Source of the DNA: an uncultured Candidatus Saccharibacteria bacterium
GTDB lineage: Bacteria > Patescibacteriota > Minisyncoccia > Minisyncoccales > GWA2-38-27
Assembly (NCBI GenBank): GCA_964394985.1
Contig: CAYMZK010000004.1
Location: forward strand, 12,746-76,745
Length of the DNA stretch: 64,000 bases
Reading direction: 5' to 3'
The translations under genes were made by a program, and so were the position numbers. Of this stretch, positions 8,705-17,110 are shown piece after piece. The first letter of the stretch is position 1. Every line of letters starts with the position of its first letter. Below the pieces are notes generated by a model. That model made no database searches and was not told the origin of the DNA. It saw nothing but the letters and a program-made list of their open reading frames with translations.

Positions 8705-9909
8705 AAGAATATATTAAAATTGCTATAAGGAGTTTAAGGAGAAGTAAAATTAGAAGCTGGCTGACCATGATCGGTGTAGTTATTGGCGTCTTTTTAATTA
8801 TTTCTTTAATGTCTTTGAGTGAAGGATTAAAAGGAGCTATTTTGCAACAATTAAGCATGATTGGAAAAGATGTAATTATGGTCTTTCCGGGTGAAATAAC
8901 TAATCCAGCAGTTACTTTTGGTGGCGATTTAGAACTAAGCAATAATGATATTTCAGCAATTAAGAAAGCAAAAGGAGTAGAGGATATTGTTCCAATGACT
9001 TACAAGGCTTTGGCCGTTCGTTATCAAGGAGAAGTTAAAACTATTTTAATTAATGGGATTTCATTAGAAGAAGGGCTAGATGTTTTACAGGGAGATATGG
9101 GTTGGCAAGCTAGCGATGGTAGGTGGTCTATTCCCGGCAAAAAAGAAATTGTTATTGGTAAGGTTATTCCTGAAGATGTTTTTCCGGGCATTAAGGTTGG
9201 AGATGAAGTTATTATAAACGGAAAAGATTTTGAAGTGGCAGGAATTTTACAATCTTTAGGGAATAAGCAAGACGACTCTTCTATTACTATGGATTTAGAA
9301 ATATTTAGATCGCTGACTGGAGAAAGAGAGGGCGCTAAATTTGTTATGGCTAAAGTAGAGCCAGGATATAATGTTGACACGGTTGCTAAAAACATTGAAA
9401 GAGAATTAGAGGAAAGCAGAAAAAGGGTTAGGGGTGTTGATTCGCCTACTTTTTCGGTGATAACTAGCGAGAAAGCAATTGGAATTGTTGAAGATGTTTT
9501 AGCCATAATCCAAGGAACTATTTTTGGCTTTGCTAGTATTTCTATTATTGTTGGAGCGGTGGGGATTATGAATACAATGTATACTTCAGTCCATGACCGA
9601 ATTAGAGAGATTGGAATTATGAAAGCGGTAGGAGCAAAGAGAAAAACAATTACTTTAATCTTTCTAATTGAGTCTGGCTTTTTTGGATTATTTGGTGGAC
9701 TAGGAGGAGTAATTTTAGGATTAGGATTGGCTAAACTTACCGAAATTATTCTTCAATCAACTGGTGGATTTTATCTTAAAGCTTCAATGAGTCCTTGGTT
9801 AATAATTTTTGGACTAACCTTTTCTTTTATAATTGGGTGTATTGCTGGTTATCTTCCAGCTAAAAGTGCGGCTAAACTAAGACCAGTCGATGCTCTTCGT
9901 TACGAATAG
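8692..9909 (+). CDS. ABC transporter permease, MacB/FtsX-like
   Basis: N-terminal TM, large periplasmic domain and C-terminal 3-TM FtsX domain (IREIGIMKAVGAKR). Confidence 0.85.
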   Translation: MGALKEYIKIAIRSLRRSKIRSWLTMIGVVIGVFLIISLMSLSEGLKGAILQQLSMIGKDVIMVFPGEITNPAVTFGGDLELSNNDISAIKKAKGVEDIVPMTYKALAVRYQGEVKTILINGISLEEGLDVLQGDMGWQASDGRWSIPGKKEIVIGKVIPEDVFPGIKVGDEVIINGKDFEVAGILQSLGNKQDDSSITMDLEIFRSLTGEREGAKFVMAKVEPGYNVDTVAKNIERELEESRKRVRGVDSPTFSVITSEKAIGIVEDVLAIIQGTIFGFASISIIVGAVGIMNTMYTSVHDRIREIGIMKAVGAKRKTITLIFLIESGFFGLFGGLGGVILGLGLAKLTEIILQSTGGFYLKASMSPWLIIFGLTFSFIIGCIAGYLPAKSAAKLRPVDALRYE

Positions 9910-9950
9910 CTCGTATTTTATTAAAAGCTCGTATAGAGGAAGAACACTTC

Positions 9951-9975
9951 GGGGGGGGGGTTAATAACCCCTTTT
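9951..9975 (+). terminator. G10 homopolymer forming a GGGG-TTAATAA-CCCC hairpin followed by TTTTG
   Basis: Ten consecutive G at 9951-9960, CCCC at 9967-9970, then a T-run. Lies downstream of the permease stop. Confidence 0.4.
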
Positions 9976-9981
9976 GTTATG

Positions 9982-10008
9982 GTTTACTATTGACTGTTAA
10001 TAGTAAAC
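9982..10008. promoter_or_regulatory. 10-bp perfect inverted repeat (GTTTACTATT/AATAGTAAAC) overlapping a TTGACT -35; candidate operator
   Basis: IR arms at 9982-9991 and 9999-10008. TTGACT at 9990-9995. Immediately upstream of the HTH-containing gene at 10018. Confidence 0.4.
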
Positions 10009-10017
10009 TATGTTAAT

Positions 10018-11019
10018 ATGTCCCTAAGACTAAGACAAATTATGAAAACAGATACAAGAGAGAAAATTAAAGAATTTATAGCCAAAGAGGGACAAGTCTC
10101 TGCTAAAAAAATTGTTAATCATTTTGACATAAGTAAGCAAGCGGTTTTTAGGCATCTTGCGAAAGAAATTAAAAATAAAGGAATAGCAAAAACGGGTAAA
10201 CCCCCTAAAGTATTTTATTATATTCCTGAAAAGAAAAGGAAAGTAAAAAAATATGCTATTTCTAAAAAACTCGAATCCTTTATTGATGAAAAATTTTTTG
10301 ACATAACTCCAACTGGTGAAATTAATAAAGGTTGGCAAGGTTTTGTGAAATGGTGCTTGAAAAGAGAGCAAGATGTAAAAAAATCAGCAGAAGAATATTT
10401 TAATATTCTTAGTAAATATGAAAAGATTAAAAGAAATGGACTAATAAACGGAAAAGCTAAGATGAAAAATAGTTTTTCAAAGGTTTATCTTGATCAGGTT
10501 TTTTATATTGATTTTTATAGCATTGAGAGGTTTGGCAAAACAAAACTAGGAAAAATTCTACTTTACGCCAAACAAAGCCAAAACAAGAAAATGATAAAAG
10601 AAATTTCGGAGCAAGCAAAACCATATGTTAAATGGCTAATTAGTAAATATAAGGTAGATGCAATTGCTTTTATACCGCCTACAGTGAAAAGAGAAATTCA
10701 ATTTATGAAAGAACTTAAAGGAGATCTAAATATTAATTTGCCTGAAATTAATATTCTTAAAGTGAAAACCGAGATAATAATTCCTCAAAAAACTCTTAAT
10801 AAATTAGAAGATAGGATAGAAAACGCAAAAGCTACCTTTTTTATTGAAGAAAGTAGGAAATTTAAAAATATCTTGCTAATTGACGATGCAATTGGTTCTG
10901 GAGCAACTTTCAATGAAATTGCTTTTAAGATAAAGGATAAAGGAATAGTTAGTGGCAAAATAATAGGACTGGCGATAACAGGAAGTTTAAAGGGCTTCGA
11001 TGTTATTAGCGAAATATAA
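10018..11019 (+). CDS. winged-HTH fused to a ComF-like phosphoribosyltransferase domain
   Basis: N-terminal HTH (SAKKIVNHFDISKQAVFRHL). C-terminal PRTase motif ILLIDDAIGSGATFNE. The start may instead be the downstream Met (MKTDTRE, 10042). Confidence 0.55.
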   Translation: MSLRLRQIMKTDTREKIKEFIAKEGQVSAKKIVNHFDISKQAVFRHLAKEIKNKGIAKTGKPPKVFYYIPEKKRKVKKYAISKKLESFIDEKFFDITPTGEINKGWQGFVKWCLKREQDVKKSAEEYFNILSKYEKIKRNGLINGKAKMKNSFSKVYLDQVFYIDFYSIERFGKTKLGKILLYAKQSQNKKMIKEISEQAKPYVKWLISKYKVDAIAFIPPTVKREIQFMKELKGDLNINLPEINILKVKTEIIIPQKTLNKLEDRIENAKATFFIEESRKFKNILLIDDAIGSGATFNEIAFKIKDKGIVSGKIIGLAITGSLKGFDVISEI

Positions 11020-11158
11020 TTTTTAATTATTCTTAGATCAAATTAAGAATTAAGTATTTCTAGAGGATTTTCAATACAAACAACCCATCTTAAAGTTCGG
11101 AAAATGTCCCATTTAGGGGTTTGACTTGGGATATTTTTATTGGTATCATATAGATATT

Positions 11159-12313
11159 ATGAAAAGAACATATTTAGATTATGCGGCAACAACTCCAACA
11201 GATAAACGCGTAGTAAAAGCTATGCTCCCTTATTTTACCGAAAAGTATGGCAATACGATGTCTATTCATAGTTTTGGGCAAGAAGCTAAGCTTGTTTTAG
11301 AGCAAAGTCGTGAAACTGTGGCTAGCTTGATTAAAGCTAAAGCTAATGAAATTGTTTTTACTGGTTCGGCAACTGAAAGCAATAATACAGTTTTAAAAGG
11401 TGCAAAGAAGGGTCATATTATTATTTCTTCTATTGAGCATCCTTGTATTATGGAAACGGCAGAGTGGTTAGAAAAGAAAGCCATACCTACCGGCAGGCAG
11501 GGGGTTAAAATAACTAGGATTAAAGTAGATAGCAACGGTATTGTTAATCCAGAAGATGTTAAAAGGGCGATTAGAAAAGACACAGTTTTAGTTTCTGTGA
11601 TTCATGCTTCAAATGAAATAGGGACAATTCAAGACATTGCTAAAATTGGCAAGATTTGTCGCCAAAAAGGAATTTTATTTCATACCGATGCTTCTCAAAC
11701 TTTTGGTAAAATTCCAATTGATGTTGATAAAATGAACATAGACTTGCTTACTGCTAGTGCACATAAGATTTATGGACCTAAAGGAGTAGCTTGTTTGTAT
11801 ATTAGAGATGGAGTTGATTTATCTCCACTATTTCATGGTGGCGGTCAAGAAGGAGGATTTCGTCCCTCAACAGTAAATATTCCTGGAATTATTGGCTTTG
11901 CCAAAGCTTGCGAGATTGCTAAAAGTGAAATGAAGAAAGAAACAGAAAGATTAACAAAATTAAGAAAGAAATTAATTAAAGGGGTGCTAAAAATTAAAGA
12001 CTCACATCTAACCGGTCATCCAATCAAAAGACTGCCCAATAATGCTAGTTTTAGATTTGATCATATTGAAGGCGAATCTTTAGCTATTAGATTGGATTTG
12101 CAAGGAATAGCAATTTCTACTGGTTCGGCTTGTTCTTCAATGAAGTTAGAGCCAAGTTATGTTTTAACAGCAACGGGATTGACTCATGGTCAAGCTCATG
12201 GTTCAATTAGAGTTTCTTTGGGAAGACAAACAACAGAAAAAGATATTGATTATTTTTTGAAGGTTTTGCCAGATATTGTTAAAAAATTAAGAGATATTTC
12301 TCCTTTTAAATAA
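11159..12313 (+). CDS. iscS: cysteine desulfurase (NifS/IscS class)
   Basis: MKRTYLDYAATTP..., SAHKIYGPKG (PLP lysine) and SACSS active-site Cys loop. Start moved to ATG 11159. Confidence 0.9.
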   Translation: MKRTYLDYAATTPTDKRVVKAMLPYFTEKYGNTMSIHSFGQEAKLVLEQSRETVASLIKAKANEIVFTGSATESNNTVLKGAKKGHIIISSIEHPCIMETAEWLEKKAIPTGRQGVKITRIKVDSNGIVNPEDVKRAIRKDTVLVSVIHASNEIGTIQDIAKIGKICRQKGILFHTDASQTFGKIPIDVDKMNIDLLTASAHKIYGPKGVACLYIRDGVDLSPLFHGGGQEGGFRPSTVNIPGIIGFAKACEIAKSEMKKETERLTKLRKKLIKGVLKIKDSHLTGHPIKRLPNNASFRFDHIEGESLAIRLDLQGIAISTGSACSSMKLEPSYVLTATGLTHGQAHGSIRVSLGRQTTEKDIDYFLKVLPDIVKKLRDISPFK

Positions 12314-12315
12314 CT

Positions 12316-12753
12316 ATGCCTTATTCACAAAAAGCAATAGAGCATTTTCAAAATCCTCATAATTATGGAAGTATGGATAATCCTGATGCAATTGGTCAGG
12401 TGGGTAATTTAGTCTGTGGAGACGTAATGAAGATGTATATAAAAATTAAAAATGATGTTATTGAGGGTATAAAGTTTGAGACTTTTGGTTGTGCTGCGGC
12501 TATTTCAACCAGTAGTGTGGTTACCGATTTAGCTAAAGGAAAAAAGTTAAGTGAAGCTTTAAAGATTACCAATAATCAAGTCTTAGAAGAATTGAGCGGG
12601 TTGCCTCCGGTTAAAATACATTGTTCTCTTTTAGCCGTTGATGCTCTAAATGAGGCAATTTATGATTATCTTTTAAAGAATAAAAAGAAAATACCCAAAT
12701 CTTTAGAAGAAAAACATCAGATAATTGTCAAAAAACACAATATTGAGAAATGA
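12316..12753 (+). CDS. iscU: Fe-S cluster scaffold IscU/NifU-like
   Basis: NPxNxG, GNLVCGD, FGCAAAI and IHCSLLA conserved Cys contexts. Confidence 0.9.
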   Translation: MPYSQKAIEHFQNPHNYGSMDNPDAIGQVGNLVCGDVMKMYIKIKNDVIEGIKFETFGCAAAISTSSVVTDLAKGKKLSEALKITNNQVLEELSGLPPVKIHCSLLAVDALNEAIYDYLLKNKKKIPKSLEEKHQIIVKKHNIEK

Positions 12754-13919
12754 GAAAACCGGAATTATTAGCTCCTGTTGGTAACTTTAAAACATTGGTT
12801 GCCGCCATTAACGCAAACTGCGATGCAGTTTATTTTGGCCTTCAAGAGTTTAATATGAGAGCTCGAGCCAAGAACTTTAAATTATCAGACTTGCCTAAGA
12901 TAAGAAAGGCTTGTGGGGATGTTAAGATGTATTTAACTTTAAATACCATTGTTTATGATGAAGAGTTAAAGAAAATAGAAAGGATTATTAAAAAAGCTAA
13001 AGATTATGTAGACGCAGTTATTTGCTCTGATTTAGCGGTGATGATGCTTTGCAAGAAGTATAAAGTTCCTTTCCATATTTCTACTCAATGTTCTGTTTCT
13101 AATTTTCAGGTGGCTAAATATTATAAGAAGTTGGGAGCCGAGAGAGTTGTTTTAGCTAGAGAATTGAATTTAAAACAGATTAAGAAAATAGCTAAAATTG
13201 TTCCGGTAGAGATTTTTGTTCATGGAGCAATGTGTGTTGCTATCTCAGGAAGATGTTTTACTTCTCAATTTTTATTTAATCAATCAGCTAATAGAGGTCA
13301 ATGTATTCAGCCTTGTAGAAGGCCTTATGTTGCCAAAGACAATCAAGGAAAAACTTTAAGGGTAACTAATCATCATATTTTTTCAGCCAAAGATCTTTGC
13401 ACCTTGCCTTTTATTGAAAAGCTTAAAAAAGCCGGTATAGTTTCTTTTAAAATAGAAGGGAGAAACAGAGAGCCGGAATATGTAGATACGGTAGTTAGGG
13501 TTTATAGAGAAGCTATTGATAATAATTTAAAAGAAGAAAGAATTAAAGAGTTGCTTTTAGAATTAGAAAAGGTTTTTAATAAGGGGCTTTCTTCCGGGTT
13601 CTTAATTAAACCACCAACAGCCGATGATTTTTCTAATGTAGAAAATAGTAATGCCAAAGAATCTAAAAAGTTTGTTGGAAAGATTTTTCATTACTATAAA
13701 AAGATTGGAGTTGCTTTGGTAAAAATTAACGCTAATAACTTAAGCGCAGGAGACAGGGTTTTAGTTACTGGAAATACTACGCCCGTTTTTAAGCACAAGA
13801 TAAAGAGCATAGAAATAGATAAGAAAGAGACTTCGAGGACCAAAAAAGGACAAATAGTTGGGATTAAAATGCCACTTTGTCGAAAGAATGACGAAGTGTA
13901 TAAAATATATGAGAAATAA
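12750..13919 (+). CDS. peptidase U32 family protein (RNA-hydroxylation-type U32)
   Basis: KPELLAPVGN...CDAVYFG N-terminus and Cys-rich CxxxxGRC...C motif typical of U32. Confidence 0.75.
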   Translation: MRKPELLAPVGNFKTLVAAINANCDAVYFGLQEFNMRARAKNFKLSDLPKIRKACGDVKMYLTLNTIVYDEELKKIERIIKKAKDYVDAVICSDLAVMMLCKKYKVPFHISTQCSVSNFQVAKYYKKLGAERVVLARELNLKQIKKIAKIVPVEIFVHGAMCVAISGRCFTSQFLFNQSANRGQCIQPCRRPYVAKDNQGKTLRVTNHHIFSAKDLCTLPFIEKLKKAGIVSFKIEGRNREPEYVDTVVRVYREAIDNNLKEERIKELLLELEKVFNKGLSSGFLIKPPTADDFSNVENSNAKESKKFVGKIFHYYKKIGVALVKINANNLSAGDRVLVTGNTTPVFKHKIKSIEIDKKETSRTKKGQIVGIKMPLCRKNDEVYKIYEK

Positions 13920-14883
13920 AAAAGTTATTATTGCCATGTCTGGAGGGATTGATTCTAGTGTTGCCGCTGCTCTTTTAAAGAAGCAAGAGTTCGAGGTGAT
14001 CGGAGTTTTTATGAAGCTTTTAGAGGCTGGGCGTTGTTGTACTTTAGAATCAGAAATGAGAGCTAGGTTGGTGGCTCAAAAACTAGATATCCCTTTTTAT
14101 GTTTTAAACTTTGAAAAAGAATTCAAGAGGAGTGTAGTTAATTATGCCCTAGATCAAGAAAAATTAGGATTAACTCCCAATCCTTGCGTTGTTTGTAATA
14201 AAGAGATTAAATTTGGCTTGCTTTTTGATAAAGCTCTTTCTCTTGATGCTGACTATATTGCTACTGGTCATTATGTTAAAGTAGAAGACAGTTTGTTGTT
14301 GAAAGGAAAAGATAAGAATAAAGATCAAAGTTATTTTTTGTGGGGATTAGACAAAAAGGTGTTAGATAGAGTTATTTTTCCGGTGGGTAATTATACTAAA
14401 CCAGAAATAGTGAAAATGGCTAAGAAATTTAATTTACCTGTTTTAGACATTGCTGAGTCTCAAGATGTTTGTTTTAATTTAGAGCATAGTAAAAAGGAAG
14501 GAGAGATTATTGATGATCAAGGACGAGTGGTTGGACGTCATCAAGGTATTTGGTTTTATACCATTGGTCAAAGAAAAGGCATTGGGTTGTCTGGCGGTCC
14601 TTATTATGTTATAGATAAAGACTCCCAAAAGAATCGTTTAATTGTTAGTAAAGACGAAAAAAAACTTAATCAAAAAGAATTAAGTTTTAAATCTTCTAAT
14701 TTCTTTGTTGATCCAGAAGATAAGGTTTATAATATTAAGATAAGATACCGAACAAAAGAAGAAAAAGGAAGGATTAAGGGGAGCAAAGTGATTTTTAATA
14801 ATCCTCAAAGAGCGATTACTCCAGGTCAGTCAGTGGTTTTTTATGATGATAATAAATTAATTGGAGGAGGGATAATAAAATGA
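13909..14883 (+). CDS. mnmA: tRNA-specific 2-thiouridylase MnmA
   Basis: PP-loop AMSGGIDSSV, NPCVVCN, YIATGHY and DQSYFL. ATG at 13909 (MRNKKVIIAM) is preferred over the track start. Confidence 0.9.
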   Translation: MRNKKVIIAMSGGIDSSVAAALLKKQEFEVIGVFMKLLEAGRCCTLESEMRARLVAQKLDIPFYVLNFEKEFKRSVVNYALDQEKLGLTPNPCVVCNKEIKFGLLFDKALSLDADYIATGHYVKVEDSLLLKGKDKNKDQSYFLWGLDKKVLDRVIFPVGNYTKPEIVKMAKKFNLPVLDIAESQDVCFNLEHSKKEGEIIDDQGRVVGRHQGIWFYTIGQRKGIGLSGGPYYVIDKDSQKNRLIVSKDEKKLNQKELSFKSSNFFVDPEDKVYNIKIRYRTKEEKGRIKGSKVIFNNPQRAITPGQSVVFYDDNKLIGGGIIK

Positions 14884-15917
14884 AAAAAGGTATTTTAATT
14901 GCATACGGAGAATTATTCTTGAAATCCGAAGGGGTAAGAAGATTGTTTCAACAAAGGTTGATAAATAATATTAATGCTTTTTTGCCTAAAGCAAAATTTC
15001 AAGTCTCAAGAGAAAGGATCTTTATTCAAGGGGGTAAAAAGAAAAAACTTAAAGAGATTTTCGGCATTGCTTGGATTGCTGATGCTTTTTATTTTGAAAA
15101 CTTAAAAGAATTGTTATCTTTTAATTTTAACGATTATGTTAAAAAAACAGATACCTTTGCTATTAGAATGAAACATGATCGTCAGGTTATAGATAAAGTA
15201 GCCAAGCTGATACCAGCTAAAGTTGATCTGGATAAGCCCAAAAAAGAGATCTTTATTGAAAAAAGAGGCCGAGCTTTCTTTTTATATTTTAAAAAAGAAA
15301 AAGGAGCAGGAGGACTGCCGGTTGGTTCTGGTGGCAAGGTTTTGGCTATGATCTCTGGTGGCATTGATTCAGTTCCCGCCTCTTATCTCTCGGCTAAAAG
15401 AGGAGCTGAAAATGTTTGGATTCATTTTCATAGCTTTCCTTTAGTTTCAAATAAAAGCATTAATAAGGTTAAAGAATTAGCCGAGAAATTTAAAAGATAC
15501 CAAAAAGAGCTTAAAGTTCATTTTGTTCCTTTTGGTGATCTTCAAATGAAGATTAAGGCTAGGGCACCGGCTAAATACCGAGTTTTACTTTATCGAAGGG
15601 CAATGCTTAAAATAGCTGAAAAGGTGGCTAAGAAAGAGGGTTGCGACGCTATAATTACTGGTGAGAGCTTGGGTCAGGTTAGTTCTCAAACTTTAGCTAA
15701 TTTAAAAATAACCGATGAGGCAATAAAATTGCCAATTTTAAGGCCATTGATAGGAATGGATAAAGAGGAGATAATAAGGTTGGCGAAGAAGATAGATGTT
15801 TTTGAGATCTCTATCAAGCCTCAAGAAGATTGTTGCACTTTGTTTGTTCCTAAAAAGCAAACAGCCAAAGGAGATTTAAAATCAGTTAAAAAAATAGAAA
15901 AAGAAGTACTTGACTAG
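14880..15917 (+). CDS. thiI: tRNA 4-thiouridine synthase ThiI (THUMP + PP-loop, no rhodanese)
   Basis: PP-loop AMISGGIDS, GESLGQVSSQT and C-terminal CC motif. Confidence 0.85.
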   Translation: MKKGILIAYGELFLKSEGVRRLFQQRLINNINAFLPKAKFQVSRERIFIQGGKKKKLKEIFGIAWIADAFYFENLKELLSFNFNDYVKKTDTFAIRMKHDRQVIDKVAKLIPAKVDLDKPKKEIFIEKRGRAFFLYFKKEKGAGGLPVGSGGKVLAMISGGIDSVPASYLSAKRGAENVWIHFHSFPLVSNKSINKVKELAEKFKRYQKELKVHFVPFGDLQMKIKARAPAKYRVLLYRRAMLKIAEKVAKKEGCDAIITGESLGQVSSQTLANLKITDEAIKLPILRPLIGMDKEEIIRLAKKIDVFEISIKPQEDCCTLFVPKKQTAKGDLKSVKKIEKEVLD

Positions 15918-16006
15918 TTTTTTTGCTTAAACTAAGGTATAATAAAGGAATAGAAAGCTTAAACCTAATAAAGGTCGTTGTTATAAAGAAAATAATAATC
16001 ATCACT

Positions 16007-16198
16007 ATGGATTACACAGGATATTGCGTAAAGTGCAAAAAAAAGAACGTTAAAATGGAAAATCCTGAACTTGTAAATATGAAAGGTAAAGGCAAGGTTC
16101 AAAGATATGCTATTACCGGAACTTGTCCAATATGTAGTACTAAAATGTTTAAGATTGTTGGAAAAGATACTGCCGAAGAATTTAAAAAAGCTGCTTAG
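16007..16198 (+). CDS. small zinc-ribbon protein (DUF5679-like)
   Basis: MDYTGYCVKCKKK...GTCPICSTKMFKIVGK gives CxxC...CxxC. ATG at 16007 is preferred; the track start adds an implausible AT-rich extension. Confidence 0.6.
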   Translation: MDYTGYCVKCKKKNVKMENPELVNMKGKGKVQRYAITGTCPICSTKMFKIVGKDTAEEFKKAA

Positions 16199-16226
16199 TT
16201 ATTGAATTTAATGGTTCGAATCATTG

Positions 16227-16250
16227 CCCCCTCTATTAGAGGGGGTTTTG
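16227..16250 (+). terminator. rho-independent terminator
   Basis: CCCCCTCT-ATT-AGAGGGGG stem followed by TTTTG. Confidence 0.8.
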
Positions 16251-16265
16251 TGTTAAAATAAATTA

Positions 16266-17084
16266 ATGAGAAAAAAGATATTATTATTTTTAATAATCCT
16301 TCTTCTTTTTTTAAATATTCTTGTTTGGACAGTAATAAAAGAAGAGTCTAATTATTTAGAAGTAGTCTATTTTAATGTTGGCCAGGGTGATAGTATTTTT
16401 ATTGAATTTCCTTCTGAATTTCAAGTTTTAATTGATGGCGGTCCGGACTTAACTGTTTTAGAAAAATTAGGAAAAGAAATGCCTTTCTACGACCGTAGCA
16501 TTGACCTTGTAGTTTTGACTCATCCAGATAGTGATCACCTTTTTGGTTTAATAGAGGTATTGAAAAGATATGAGATTAAAAATATCTTATGGTCAGGAGG
16601 AGAAAAAGACACAGCTTTATTTAAAGAATGGTCTAGGCTGATAGAAGAAGAAGGAGCAAATATTATTATCGCCGACTCTTCAAAGAAAATTTATTACAAT
16701 GATATTAGCATTACAACTCTTTATCCTTTAGATAAGGTAAGCGAAGCTAATAATGATACTTCGGTTGTTCTGGAGCTAAAGTATAGGGACGTATCTTTTC
16801 TTTTTACTGGCGATATTTCCTGTAAGATAGAAAAAGAAATTAATATTGACACTGATGTTTTAAAAGTTGCTCATCATGGAAGCAAAACTTCTACTTGTAA
16901 GTATTTTTTAGAAAAAACTTCTCCGGAATTAGCGGTTATTAGTGTAGGAGAGAATAATTGGAATCATCCGCACCCTGACGTCTTGGCAAACTTGAAAGAA
17001 TTTGGTATAAAGACTTTAATTACCCGAGATTATGGTGATGTAAAGATTATTTCCGATGGAAATAATTTTATTATTAATAAATAG
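16266..17084 (+). CDS. ComEC/Rec2-related metallo-beta-lactamase-fold domain protein
   Basis: N-terminal TM, GQGDSIFI, LTHPDSDHLFG and VAHHGS motifs. Confidence 0.8.
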   Translation: MRKKILLFLIILLLFLNILVWTVIKEESNYLEVVYFNVGQGDSIFIEFPSEFQVLIDGGPDLTVLEKLGKEMPFYDRSIDLVVLTHPDSDHLFGLIEVLKRYEIKNILWSGGEKDTALFKEWSRLIEEEGANIIIADSSKKIYYNDISITTLYPLDKVSEANNDTSVVLELKYRDVSFLFTGDISCKIEKEINIDTDVLKVAHHGSKTSTCKYFLEKTSPELAVISVGENNWNHPHPDVLANLKEFGIKTLITRDYGDVKIISDGNNFIINK

Positions 17085-17110
17085 GCTTCAATAATAAATA
17101 TATAATTATT

